Source of the DNA: Desulfotalea psychrophila LSv54
Lineage (GTDB): Bacteria > Desulfobacterota > Desulfobulbia > Desulfobulbales > Desulfocapsaceae
Assembly: GCF_000025945.1 (NCBI RefSeq)
Contig: NC_006138.1
Coordinates: 1,230,001 to 1,262,000, forward strand
Direction: 5' to 3'
DNA: 32,000 nt
In this document: piece after piece, positions 1 to 8,934 of the stretch
Position numbering within the stretch: position 1 is the first letter of the stretch
Layout: each line of letters begins with the position of its first letter
The notes under the pieces: generated by a model
What the model saw: only the letters and a program-made list of their open reading frames with translations
Told to the model about the DNA's origin: nothing
Databases searched by the model: none
Program-made: the position numbers and the translations under genes

Positions 1-87
1 GCATTATTTTTCAAAAAAGGTATCTTTATGGTTAAGGATGGGAAGTCCCGACAGGCAGATCTGTATGGGTGGCGGAGGAAGGTCTTG

Positions 88-750
88 ATGGACGAGGTGA
101 CGGTGTACCCTGTCTGTTGCGAACAACTTTCCGCTGGAAGATCGGATAAGGAGTGGTTGGATAATGTTTTGGCGGGCGGAGCAAAGATTGTTCAGCTTCG
201 GGATAAAAAAAGTGATGATCGTCTTTTGCTTGAGAAGGCAAAATATTTTCGGGAGAAAACCCGGGAGGCGGGGGCGCTTTTTTTGATAAATGACAGATTT
301 GATATTGGCCTTTTGGCGGATTCCGACGGTATTCATGTGGGTCAGGGAGATCTGCCCCCCGAGGAGATTCGCCGTCTTACCCCAGATTGGATTATTGGTC
401 AATCCTGTAATGATCTGGCAGAGGTGGAAGCCCTGGGTGCTCAGGTGCAGGCGGGTTCCTCGGCTGTTGATTATTATAATATTGGTCCAATTTATAGAAC
501 GGATACCAAGGAGGGTTTGCATACCTTTTTGGGCGCCGGAGACATCCAGCAGATATCTGCAGCCTGCCCTCTGCCCTTTACGGTGATGGGTGGTATAAAG
601 TGGGATCATATTCCAGAGCTGGCGGCTGCCGGGGTACGGCGTATGGCCGTGGTGACGGCAATAAGTATGGCGGCTGATATGCAGGCAGAGACAAGGCGAT
701 GGATAGATGAGATTAGGCGTGTGACCACCCTGCCTGTTAACTCGTTATAG
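88..750 (+). CDS. thiE: Thiamine-phosphate synthase (ThiE-like)
   Basis: ORF 28..750. ThiE-type motifs: KIVQLRDKK, FLINDRFDIGLLADSDGIHVGQGDLP, IIGQSCND, DYYNIGPIYRTDTKEG, TVMGGI. ATG at 88 has a good RBS (aggaagg); ATG at 28 is the alternative start. Confidence 0.85.
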   Translation: MDEVTVYPVCCEQLSAGRSDKEWLDNVLAGGAKIVQLRDKKSDDRLLLEKAKYFREKTREAGALFLINDRFDIGLLADSDGIHVGQGDLPPEEIRRLTPDWIIGQSCNDLAEVEALGAQVQAGSSAVDYYNIGPIYRTDTKEGLHTFLGAGDIQQISAACPLPFTVMGGIKWDHIPELAAAGVRRMAVVTAISMAADMQAETRRWIDEIRRVTTLPVNSL

Positions 751-776
751 AGGAATGGAATTTGGAGAATTTAGCT

Positions 777-1466
777 ATGACTGAGAAAAAAGCCCCTGGT
801 CAGGGTGCGATTTTAGAAGAGATAAAAACCTTTGTCTGTTTTGCCGTGGCACCGGAAAAACAGGCCTTGGCGATGGAGTTGGTCTGCCGCTACCAAGAAG
901 ATAGTATTGTTCAGCAGCTTCTCTGTGAACACTACTCTTCTCTGCCGGAGGCTGTTGAGGAACCTATCCTGGCTATTCGGGAACTTTCCTCCCAACAGGG
1001 CATTTACTGTCTATTGCTGGTGGCGGAGAGTGTGAGCTTTTTCTATCTTGTCTCGGCTGATCAGGTGGTTTACGCGGGTTGTCGTGCAGAGGAGTTGAGC
1101 GCCGATCTTCTCAGGTTTATTGATCTGGGTGACTGGGCAAATTTGGATAAGCTGGTTGCTAAGCCGGAGCAGTTTCCTCTCTATGGGGGGCTGGAGAAGA
1201 GGAAGGCTGTTTGTTCTGTCTGTGGCGTTGCTGAAGGTGATGCTCACCTGCTTGGCTGTCTTGTTGAGATTTGCCCATGGTGTGATGGGCAGCTGAACAC
1301 CTGTAACTGTCGCTTTGAGAAGCTCGGGGTGGATGAGATTAACTCGGAGGAAGAGTTGGAAAAATTTGAAAAACTTTTAGCAGAGAAGGGGCGGGTTCCT
1401 TTTAGTGCGGAGCAGGGACTTGCTTATCCTGGCTCCAGTAAGGGGCTTGATCCTGCGGACGATTAG
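777..1466 (+). CDS. Hypothetical protein with Cys-rich putative metal-binding segment (CSVCG...CLVEICPWCDGQLNTCNCRFEKL)
   Basis: Intact ORF. ATG at 777 preceded by tttggag; followed directly by a strong terminator at 1500-1540. No family recognised with certainty. Confidence 0.75.
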   Translation: MTEKKAPGQGAILEEIKTFVCFAVAPEKQALAMELVCRYQEDSIVQQLLCEHYSSLPEAVEEPILAIRELSSQQGIYCLLLVAESVSFFYLVSADQVVYAGCRAEELSADLLRFIDLGDWANLDKLVAKPEQFPLYGGLEKRKAVCSVCGVAEGDAHLLGCLVEICPWCDGQLNTCNCRFEKLGVDEINSEEELEKFEKLLAEKGRVPFSAEQGLAYPGSSKGLDPADD

Positions 1467-1499
1467 TCAGGATATTTTTTGAGTCGTTCCTGCTTGAAC

Positions 1500-1540
1500 A
1501 AAGGAGCTGCAACCAATAATGGTTGCAGCTCCTTTTTTTT
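1500..1540 (+). terminator. Rho-independent terminator
   Basis: AAAGGAGCTGCAACC-aataat-GGTTGCAGCTCCTTT, a perfect 15-bp stem followed by a T run; lies between convergent genes. Confidence 0.9.
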
Positions 1541-1554
1541 GCTCTGCTGCGGTC

Positions 1555-2493
1555 TTATTTTCCTGTAACTGACTTGAGATATTTGAACATATCAGAGTCT
1601 GAGGAGATAACAAGTTTTGTGTTTCCACCCACAACCTTATGGTAGCTTTCCAGAGTCTTCTGGAAGGCATAGAACTCAGGGTCCTGGGAGTATGCTTTGG
1701 CATAGATTTTGGTAGCCTCAGCATCTGCCTTACCCTTGATGCCGAGGGCTTGACGCTTGGCTTCAGAGGTGATCTCTTGTAGATCCCGATCAACTTTACC
1801 GAGAATTTGGGCCTTTTCACCTTCACCGAGGGAACGTTTCTCTGCGGCAATTCGTTTCCGTTCAGAGATCATTCGTTGGTATACGGTGAGACGTACTGAC
1901 TCGATATAGTTTACCCTTTTGAACATCACGTCAATAAGCTCGATGCCGTACTGTGGGGTTACCTTGCTGGCGACCTTTAAGATCTCGTTTGAGATTTCAT
2001 CACGTCCCTTGGCGGGTCTGTTGCCAATGGTGCTGGTGGCGGTGGTCTTTGACATGGTGTCAGCAGACCAATCAGAGCTGCGGATTATTTCAATGAGATT
2101 GTTTTTGTTGACCATATCACGAACGGTACCGGCCAAAATATCATCGAGGAGTGATTGGGCCCGTGCCTCTGTCTTTACCGCCTGTAGATACTTCAGGGCA
2201 TCGGTAATCCTCCAACGAGCAGTAGTGTCAAGGTAGACATAGGTCTTGTCGTTGGTTGGAATCTGGTTGGGCTCGCCATCCCATATTTGAATTTTTTTCT
2301 CAAAAAGTTCAACATGTTGGACAAATGGCATTTTGATGTGAAGACCTGCATCGATGACAGGGTCTCCCACTGGTCGGCCAAATTGGGTGATAACCGCCTG
2401 TTTCCCCTCTTCGAGGACAAAAAAGCCGTCGTAGACAACTATGATGCCAAGAAGGACGAGACCTATAAGAAAAAACTGTACTATTTGTTTCAT
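1555..2493 (-). CDS. hflC: HflC-like SPFH/band-7 membrane protease regulator
   Basis: N-terminal TM segment, FVLEEGKQAVITQFGRPVGDPVIDAGLHIKMPFVQHVELFEKKIQIWDG, ERKRIAAEKRSLGEGEKAQILGKVDRDLQEI..A.RQA..IKGKADAEATKIYAKAY.QDPEFY.F...L..Y. Lies immediately downstream of hflK. Confidence 0.93.
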   Translation of the reverse strand: MKQIVQFFLIGLVLLGIIVVYDGFFVLEEGKQAVITQFGRPVGDPVIDAGLHIKMPFVQHVELFEKKIQIWDGEPNQIPTNDKTYVYLDTTARWRITDALKYLQAVKTEARAQSLLDDILAGTVRDMVNKNNLIEIIRSSDWSADTMSKTTATSTIGNRPAKGRDEISNEILKVASKVTPQYGIELIDVMFKRVNYIESVRLTVYQRMISERKRIAAEKRSLGEGEKAQILGKVDRDLQEITSEAKRQALGIKGKADAEATKIYAKAYSQDPEFYAFQKTLESYHKVVGGNTKLVISSDSDMFKYLKSVTGK

Positions 2494-2517
2494 GCTATTT
2501 TCCTCTATATGTTCCGT

Positions 2518-3657
2518 TTATTTAGACTGGGGCTGGATGGGCAAACCTGCTGCTCCACCCAAGTTGAGAAAAGGAACTGGGCCACTTTGGTCTCTGTCTA
2601 TGATGTAAATATCTTTCACCTGTGGCAATACCTTGCTCATGGTCTCCAGATAGATGCGCTTTCTGGTAACATCCGGGGCGAGGCGATACTCTTTGAGGAT
2701 ATCAACAAAACGTTGAGTTTCACCCTTGGATTCGTTTACTCGGGTAAAGGCATAACCCCTTGCTTCTTCAACAATTTTTTTCGCATTACCACGAGCTTTG
2801 GGGATGACCCTGTTGTAGGTTTCCTGTGCCTCGTTGACAAGCCGTTTCATATCCTGATCTGCTTCGTTCACCTCATTGAAGGCTGGCTTAACCTTGTCCG
2901 GTGGATTGATGTCCTGAAACTGTACCGTGCCAATTTTGATACCGGGTAGGCTGGTGCCAAAGAGGTTGTTCAGCTCGATTTGCAGTTCCTGTTTTACCGA
3001 GGCGGCAAGCAGGTCACGGTTACTGAGGACATAGTCAAAATCCATATTACCCACAATTCGGCGGGTAACACTCTCTGAAATATCGCGTACAGCCTGACGT
3101 ACATCTTTTACCAGAAAGAGAAATGAATAGGGGTCGCCGACACGATACTGAACGATCCAGGCAACGTTGATAACGTTTTTATCTGCCGTTAGCATGAGGG
3201 ATTCAACATCGTAACCTTTGCGGCTAAAGGTTGGCTGTTGACCTGGAAAGCGACTTCTGAAGCCAAACTCTTCTTTTCGGATCTGCTCTACATCTACCTT
3301 GTACAGATGGTCTATATAGGGGATCTTGAAGTGTAGTCCAGATGGTTTGGTGGATGCGTATTTACCAAGACGGAGGACAACACCTACCTCACTCGGGGCA
3401 ATTTTGTAAAAAGAGGAGTAGACGCCCTGGGCTATTAAGATAAGGGCGACAATGGCAATGATCTTGCCAATGGAGGCAAGTGGGTTTGCTGGGCGAGTTT
3501 CTCGGGGCTGATCTGGGTGTGGCGGTTCGTTACTGCCTGTCTTTTTGTCGTCTGAAAAAAAGTCCTGTATTTTTTTGATTAGTTGGGCCACCAAATCCTC
3601 TGGTGTCTGCGGCTTTTTTTTTCGACCCCAAGGTGGCTGTTGGTCGTTAAGGGACAT
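2518..3657 (-). CDS. hflK: HflK-like SPFH/band-7 membrane protease regulator
   Basis: Pro-rich cytosolic N-terminus, TM, YKIAPSEVGVVLRLGKY...GLHFKIPYIDHLYKVDVEQIRKEEFGFR, RFVDILKEYRLAPDVTRKRIYLETM..VLP. Confidence 0.93.
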   Translation of the reverse strand: MSLNDQQPPWGRKKKPQTPEDLVAQLIKKIQDFFSDDKKTGSNEPPHPDQPRETRPANPLASIGKIIAIVALILIAQGVYSSFYKIAPSEVGVVLRLGKYASTKPSGLHFKIPYIDHLYKVDVEQIRKEEFGFRSRFPGQQPTFSRKGYDVESLMLTADKNVINVAWIVQYRVGDPYSFLFLVKDVRQAVRDISESVTRRIVGNMDFDYVLSNRDLLAASVKQELQIELNNLFGTSLPGIKIGTVQFQDINPPDKVKPAFNEVNEADQDMKRLVNEAQETYNRVIPKARGNAKKIVEEARGYAFTRVNESKGETQRFVDILKEYRLAPDVTRKRIYLETMSKVLPQVKDIYIIDRDQSGPVPFLNLGGAAGLPIQPQSK

Positions 3658-3881
3658 AAAAATCTCCTGATGAATGAAAAATAGTTATACGACACGCTGG
3701 CGTATTGAGCATCTCATACGACGAGGCGAATCTGTACTCGAATCAACTATAAAATATGTAGGCCTTATCATGCAGGCGGAACAGCCCGTGGCTTTTCGAA
3801 ATGTTCCGACTGGCATATTTGCTTACAGGGGTTCTTCCTGTAGACAAATATTAATATAGAGTAGTGACTAGGGCGAATTAA

Positions 3882-3918
3882 AGCAATCTGAATCGACAGT
3901 TCGATGATTGCTATTTTT
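3882..3918 (+). terminator. Possible rho-independent terminator (bidirectional character)
   Basis: AGCAATC (3882-3888) / GATTGCT (3906-3912) followed by aTTTTTTa on +. On the minus strand the stem is followed by TTTAATT. Confidence 0.5.
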
Positions 3919-3960
3919 TAATGGGGAGTATTTGTGAGGAGTTTGTTCTGCCAGGGGGAA

Positions 3961-3990
3961 CAGGGGCGGGCTATGTGGGGCCCGCCCCTG
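3961..3990 (-). other. GC-rich stable hairpin about 30 nt downstream of the PEPCK stop codon
   Basis: CAGGGGCGGGC-tatgtggg-GCCCGCCCCTG, a perfect 11-bp stem with no T tract. Confidence 0.6.
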
Positions 3991-4018
3991 TTGTGGATGT
4001 ACTTGTCCTGGAGAAAAA

Positions 4019-5974
4019 TTAGGCGGCAAGCATCTGTGGAAGAGCAATGGCGCCAAATTGTTCTTTTAGGCTGAGCAGATCTTTTTCTTGTTGGTTGTAA
4101 ACGTCGAAAAGGGTCTGGGGAATGCCTGGCTCTTTGCTGTATGCATCCTTTTGCAGCTGGATGCGGCCAAGGATATTGTCTATATAGAGAGCAAATTGCA
4201 TATCATAGAGTTCTCTAGGGTACTCTTTGTCAATTCCTGCGAAGAGTATCTTGAGATCACCATATTTTGGCAGATAGCCAATGGGTGTGTCAATTGCCTC
4301 AACATCTCCGTGGGCAAAAAGTTCAAGCCAGCCGAGCCATACCCGAACATCTTTTTTCTCGCCAAGAATTCCTGCCTCGTTACTGCCACGGTTTTCGTGG
4401 GTAAGGAAGTAGTTGAGCCCTGCCATGATGGGTGCGTTATTATCGCTGAATTTTGCTGAGTTATAAAAGGCGAACTGGGCCTTCATATAGTCAGCTAATG
4501 CACCGGGGATAAAGGGTGCGTTGGCCCATGGTTGTCTGCGAACTCCGGTAGCGCCAACTTCAGTAGCCGTTGCTCTGGAGACGATGGAGGCGCCGATAAC
4601 AACACCTTCGTTGGAATTTTTAGCTACCCAGACAGGAGGCATGGTATCTGCGTCACGGCCGGAGTAGGTGACAACCTTTACTGGTACGCCGGCAGGATCT
4701 TCTGCAAGATCAGTTGCGTGGTTTTTGATGGCAGAGGCCAGCAGGGTACAACGGGAGTTCTTGTGGGAGATGGGTGCAGGATTTCCCTCTGCATCGGTTT
4801 TTCCCGGGAACCACTCGCCCTGAAAGTTAACGCCTGATTGTGGGGTCTCTTCGCCGTTGCCGGCCCAATAGGGAACTCCATCGTTTACCAGTACGTTGGA
4901 CCAGATAACCTCGGTTCCGTCGCCACGAAGACAGTCCATAAGATTAGGATCACCCTCTTGATTTACATCTTCAACGATGCCGAAAATGCCCTTCTCAGGG
5001 TTGATGGCGCGCATGGTGCCATCTTCTGCAAGCCAGATTTGAGCAAGGTCATCACCGATGAAGTGGCTTCCTACCATGGCGGTGGTGGTCTTGCCACAAC
5101 CGGAAGGTGCAGCGCCAGCAAAGAAGGTTATGCGGTCGCCCGGGCCTGTCATGCCAGTGATAAACATATGCTCGGAGAGTTGCTCTTCAAGCTTATAATA
5201 GGTTGCGTAATCTACAGAAAAGCGATGGTTACCCTTTTTGAGTAAGAGGGTGTTGCCAGCGTAGGTGCAGAAGGTGGAGAAGGTTGTACCCCAACTACGA
5301 TCCATGAGAATACGTGCATTTGGTACATCGGCGCTGGTATTGTCGCCTTCGGCATGAACATTGGTGAAAAAGAGACCGGTTCGTGCAGCCTCTGCATCAA
5401 ATGCTGCAAAGCAATTTCTGTAGAGTATCTCCGCTGAGTGCAGGACATACCCGGAGGAGGAAATTTCGATTGCTGGTAGGGCCGCAGCTGCGCCCACCGG
5501 GCCTCTGCTGTAAAAGCCCACGATCATCGTTTTGCCCTGCATGACGTTGGGCATATACTCTTTTATATAGGTCAATGCCTCGGGGCGAAGAAGGGATTTT
5601 GCAAGAGAACTCATCTCCTCCCCTTCGTTAATAATATAGTAGGTTTGATTTACCAGACGTGCCTGGTCCTGGGGCAGGTCAAAGTGGATGGTGTGTCCAG
5701 CCTTGGTGAGTGGTGCCTCTTCTTCCTGGCTGAGAGAGTAATCACGAATCCACTGTTGATCTTCTGGGGTACCAGTGTTAATAAAAACATGATCAGGGGC
5801 GCACATATTTATGGCGTTGGCGATCTTGATCAGTGCCTCTGTGTTTGTGATTTTGCTGATCTTTGAAAAGTTTTCTGCATCAAGCTTGTCTTTGAGAATA
5901 GCCTGTGCTTCTGTAATAGAGGTGATTCCGCCTACTGTGGAGAGTATGTCATCGCCTTTTCTGAGTTCCAGCAT
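4019..5974 (-). CDS. pckG: Phosphoenolpyruvate carboxykinase (GTP)
   Basis: GTP-PEPCK signatures: FFAGAAPSGCGKTTTAM, HRFSVDYATYYKL, HKNSRCTLLASAIKNHA, PPVWVAKNSNEGVVIGASIVSRATATEVG. ORF opens at 6037, but the likely start is ATG at 5974 (MLELRKGDD). Confidence 0.92.
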   Translation of the reverse strand: MLELRKGDDILSTVGGITSITEAQAILKDKLDAENFSKISKITNTEALIKIANAINMCAPDHVFINTGTPEDQQWIRDYSLSQEEEAPLTKAGHTIHFDLPQDQARLVNQTYYIINEGEEMSSLAKSLLRPEALTYIKEYMPNVMQGKTMIVGFYSRGPVGAAAALPAIEISSSGYVLHSAEILYRNCFAAFDAEAARTGLFFTNVHAEGDNTSADVPNARILMDRSWGTTFSTFCTYAGNTLLLKKGNHRFSVDYATYYKLEEQLSEHMFITGMTGPGDRITFFAGAAPSGCGKTTTAMVGSHFIGDDLAQIWLAEDGTMRAINPEKGIFGIVEDVNQEGDPNLMDCLRGDGTEVIWSNVLVNDGVPYWAGNGEETPQSGVNFQGEWFPGKTDAEGNPAPISHKNSRCTLLASAIKNHATDLAEDPAGVPVKVVTYSGRDADTMPPVWVAKNSNEGVVIGASIVSRATATEVGATGVRRQPWANAPFIPGALADYMKAQFAFYNSAKFSDNNAPIMAGLNYFLTHENRGSNEAGILGEKKDVRVWLGWLELFAHGDVEAIDTPIGYLPKYGDLKILFAGIDKEYPRELYDMQFALYIDNILGRIQLQKDAYSKEPGIPQTLFDVYNQQEKDLLSLKEQFGAIALPQMLAA

Positions 5975-6350
5975 GGGGTTTACTCCTTCAGGTTTTGTTG
6001 TATATGAAGCTATAGTAAGGGTTGAAATTTCGCGCAACCATAAGTATTTTTTATAGTAACGTCAAGCGATACTTATCTGTCGACCCAGTTTTTTTACTGT
6101 CTACTTAATAGCTTGATTTGTTGCTGTTTTGCCAGAGATATTTTCTTTTATTGGCTTTAGGTCTTGTTGGGCAATTCTGCCTTTTGTGGTGCGGTTTTTG
6201 ATTTATAACTGTATTTCTTATAGTTACTTGCCTTGGCGAGTTGTTTGTGGCAGAGGTGGTGGACCTTGAAAGATTCTTTGCAAGAAAGGTTGGATCATGA
6301 TATATGGCAGGCAGTTTGTTGCGGAATGGTGGTTTCAGGGTGTGTAGAGC

Positions 6351-6390
6351 AAAAAAAAGGAGTTGTAATCTTTAAAGATTACAACTCCTT
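6351..6390 (-). terminator. Rho-independent terminator of tRNA-Leu
   Basis: Perfect 34-nt palindrome AAGGAGTTGTAATCTTTAAAGATTACAACTCCTT (6357-6390), followed on the minus strand by a run of T. Confidence 0.88.
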
Positions 6391-6398
6391 GAGTAATT

Positions 6399-6485
6399 TG
6401 GTGCCGAAGAGAAGACTCGAACTTCCACGGGGTTACCCCCACTAGACCCTGAACCTAGCGCGTCTACCAATTCCGCCACTTCGGC
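6399..6485 (-). tRNA. tRNA-Leu(CAG)
   Basis: Minus strand GCCGAAGTGGCGGAATTGGTAGACGCGCTAGGTTCAGGGTCTAGTGGGGGTAACCCCGTGGAAGTTCGAGTCTTCTCTTCGGCACCA. 7-bp acceptor, long variable arm, anticodon CAG, encoded CCA. Confidence 0.95.
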
Positions 6486-6573
6486 AACGAGGATGAATAT
6501 GCTCTTTGTGGGGTGGAATGTCAATACTTTTTTTGTTATTAAATTTAAATTAATTGAAGGGATGAAACAGAGG

Positions 6574-7548
6574 ATGCAAATCTTTACGGATATTACTCAG
6601 ATTAAACAGTGTTTTACTAATGCCTGCGTTACCATTGGTAATTTTGATGGCGTTCATCTTGGCCATCAAAAACTTTTCAATGAGGTTTTGCATCGCGCCC
6701 GGGCTCGGCGGGGTGGAACCAGTGTAGCTATTACCTTTGACCCTCATCCTCTCAGTGTTCTTCGTCCGGAAGGTATTCAGCTGATCTCCACCATGGAACA
6801 AAAATTGGAACTTGTTGAGCAGGCGGGAGTGGATATACTTCTGCTGATTCCATTTTCCAAGGAATTTGCCAAGACTACTGCGGAATATTTTGTGGATGAA
6901 ATTCTTCTTGGTTGTCTGGGTATTGTTGAGCTGGTGGTGGGGTATGATTACGCCTTTGGCAAGGGGCGTGCAGGTAATATTGATTTTTTGCGGATAGAGG
7001 GAGAACGTTATGGCTTTCCTGTAACCGTGGTTGATGCCTTTTATGAGAGTGGGGAGCCGGTGAGCTCTACTCGCATTCGCAAGCTTATCACGGCAGGAGA
7101 TGTGGCCAAAGCTGCTACTCTTATGGGCCGGAATTATCAGATTCGTGGCAAGGTTCAGCATGGTGTAAAGCGGGGTGGTAGTCAGCTTGGCTTTCCCACG
7201 GCAAACCTCAGTCTTAATAAGGAGTATCTTATCCCTCATTTTGGTGTTTATGTCGCCCAGATTATCTATGATGGACATACTTATAATGGTGTCTTGAATG
7301 TTGGTCGTAATCCTACCTTTCCGGAAAATAAGCTGGTTGCAGAGGTCCATATATTTGATTTTAATAAAGAAATTTATGGCAAACATATAAAGATAAATCT
7401 ACTGCAATTTCTTCGGGGTGAAGTGTCGTTCCCGGATATTGCCTCCCTTGCCAAGCAAATAGAGGCTGATATTGCTTTGACAAAGGCCATTTTGGCAGAA
7501 CAACAACACGGGCTTGCCCTGAGTTATGGAGGGAAATTTAATTGTTAG
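6574..7548 (+). CDS. ribF: Bifunctional riboflavin kinase / FAD synthetase
   Basis: VTIGNFDGVHLGHQKL, ITFDPHPLSVLRPE, VVGYDYAFGKGRAGN, SSTRIRKLITAGDVAKAATLMGRNYQIRGKVQHGVKRGG.LGFPTANL. Start could be 6562 or 6574. Confidence 0.93.
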   Translation: MQIFTDITQIKQCFTNACVTIGNFDGVHLGHQKLFNEVLHRARARRGGTSVAITFDPHPLSVLRPEGIQLISTMEQKLELVEQAGVDILLLIPFSKEFAKTTAEYFVDEILLGCLGIVELVVGYDYAFGKGRAGNIDFLRIEGERYGFPVTVVDAFYESGEPVSSTRIRKLITAGDVAKAATLMGRNYQIRGKVQHGVKRGGSQLGFPTANLSLNKEYLIPHFGVYVAQIIYDGHTYNGVLNVGRNPTFPENKLVAEVHIFDFNKEIYGKHIKINLLQFLRGEVSFPDIASLAKQIEADIALTKAILAEQQHGLALSYGGKFNC

Positions 7549-7585
7549 ATGCTTGCGGTGGCGATCTGTTGACGCGACTTTCTCC

Positions 7586-7613
7586 TTGCATGTGCTTAGA
7601 AGGTGCCTATACT
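7586..7613 (+). promoter_or_regulatory. Candidate sigma70-type promoter
   Basis: TTGCAT (7586-7591), 16-nt spacer, TATACT (7608-7613), upstream of the TPR gene at 7721. Confidence 0.45.
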
Positions 7614-7720
7614 ATAGTGCGTTTGAATATAGGCGGGTAATACCGAAATTAATAACACTGTAATTATAATTTGCTGGCGGGGTTTTGCTGGTTTTTAAAA
7701 ATATTTATTTCCGAGGTCTT

Positions 7721-8350
7721 ATGTCTGAAGAATTGAGAGAAGATTTGTCGCAAATTATTGCGGAACTAGAGAAGAAATGTGGGCAGAATCCAAATTCTGT
7801 AATGGCCGTTCATCATCTGGGTTTGGTTTATATGAAGGCCGGTCGTGTTGATGAGGCGATTACCTGTTTGGAAAAAGCGCTGGAAATTGATGACCTCAGT
7901 CACGAGAGCATGATTAACCTTGGCGCCATCTATTTTGGTCAGGGTAATGTGGCCAAGGCTCAGGAGCTCAATGAGCGTGCTATTGCCTCTCAGCCGGAAA
8001 GCGCTCAGGCCCATGCTAATCTCGGTCTTATTTGGCAACAGCAAAACGAGCTTGATAAGGCTCTTGCCTCCTATGAGAAGGCTGTGCAGTATGATCCAAA
8101 GCTTATCACCGTATGGCTGAATCTTGCCTCTGTTCTTACCATGAAGGGTGAGGATGATCGTGCCGTTGAATCTTCGCAAAAAGCCATCGACATTGATCCC
8201 GATTCTCCACTTGCCCATAACAATATGGCTGTGGCCCTTTATTTTAAGAAAAATATAAAGAAGGCCGTACATCATATGAATCGCGCTAAGGAACTTGGTT
8301 ACTCTGTTGATCCCAATTTCGAAGCCCGTCTTAACGAGCAATTGGCCTGA
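7721..8350 (+). CDS. Tetratricopeptide repeat protein
   Basis: Successive TPR units (LGLVYMKAGRVDEAITCLEKALEIDD, LGAIYFGQGNVAKAQELNERAIASQP, LGLIWQQQNELDKALASYEKAVQYDP, LASVLTMKGEDDRAVESSQKAIDIDP). ATG at 7721 (MSEELRED) with RBS ccgagg. Confidence 0.9.
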   Translation: MSEELREDLSQIIAELEKKCGQNPNSVMAVHHLGLVYMKAGRVDEAITCLEKALEIDDLSHESMINLGAIYFGQGNVAKAQELNERAIASQPESAQAHANLGLIWQQQNELDKALASYEKAVQYDPKLITVWLNLASVLTMKGEDDRAVESSQKAIDIDPDSPLAHNNMAVALYFKKNIKKAVHHMNRAKELGYSVDPNFEARLNEQLA

Positions 8351-8400
8351 TGCTAAAGGGCCATGGGGCCTTTTAGAATAAAAACTTTCAGGAGTCTTGC

Positions 8401-8934
8401 ATGGTTAAGCACAATGTTAAAACAGCACCTTGGTGTCCATTTTGTGGGCAGAAGGTGGGTAGGCCAACGGATGCCATAGAGCGTAAGTTGACAGAGTTTC
8501 CGGTTGGTAAGTGTCAGTGTGGTGCCGTTTATTGTTCCGATGTAACGGGACATAACGTGGGTGCCGCCATGGTGGAAACCCTGGTCTATGCCTGTAGTGA
8601 TACCTGGGATTTTGCCTGGGAGCTGATGCCGGAGGATGACTATCTCACCGGTCGGATTGAGAACTATGATGGTGTGACTCATCAGGTAATTGCCGAGAAA
8701 AATGTAGACGGGCGTGCCGTTCGCGGTGTTCTCTTTTTTGTTCGTCTCCATACCGAAATATCTGATCTTGCCGAAAGAATCAAGGCCAGAAAAGATGGGG
8801 TGCTCTTCATCAAATACCTGATTTCATTAAAAATGTTGATCGTTTGCCAATGGAGCCCGTCCTTGACGATAGACGCACTCGTAAGCGTGCCAGCAAAAAA
8901 ATTGTTAAGGATCTGGTTGACCAATCTGATATAG
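8401..8934 (+). pseudogene. N-terminal part of a DVU0298-like protein; Zn-finger-like region; apparent frameshift near 8785-8805
   Basis: MVKHNVKTAPWCPFCGQKVGRP...GKCQCGAVYCSDVTGHNVGAAMVETLVYACSDTWDFAWELMPEDDYLTGRIENYDGVTHQV...GRAVRGVLFFVRL. Coding character then seems to move to the frame of the next ORF. Confidence 0.6.

Noticed and set aside
3674-3859. 61-aa ORF in the pckG-hflK spacer
   Set aside because: No RBS or family resemblance, and it is made up largely of the inverted repeats described separately.
6550-7386. 278-aa minus-strand ORF opposite ribF
   Set aside because: Antisense shadow; no recognisable protein features.
8353-8376. CTAAAGGGCC-atg-GGGCCTTTTAG hairpin after the first TPR gene as a terminator
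   Set aside because: Contains an internal G-G mismatch and a bulge and has only a short T run; too weak to call confidently.
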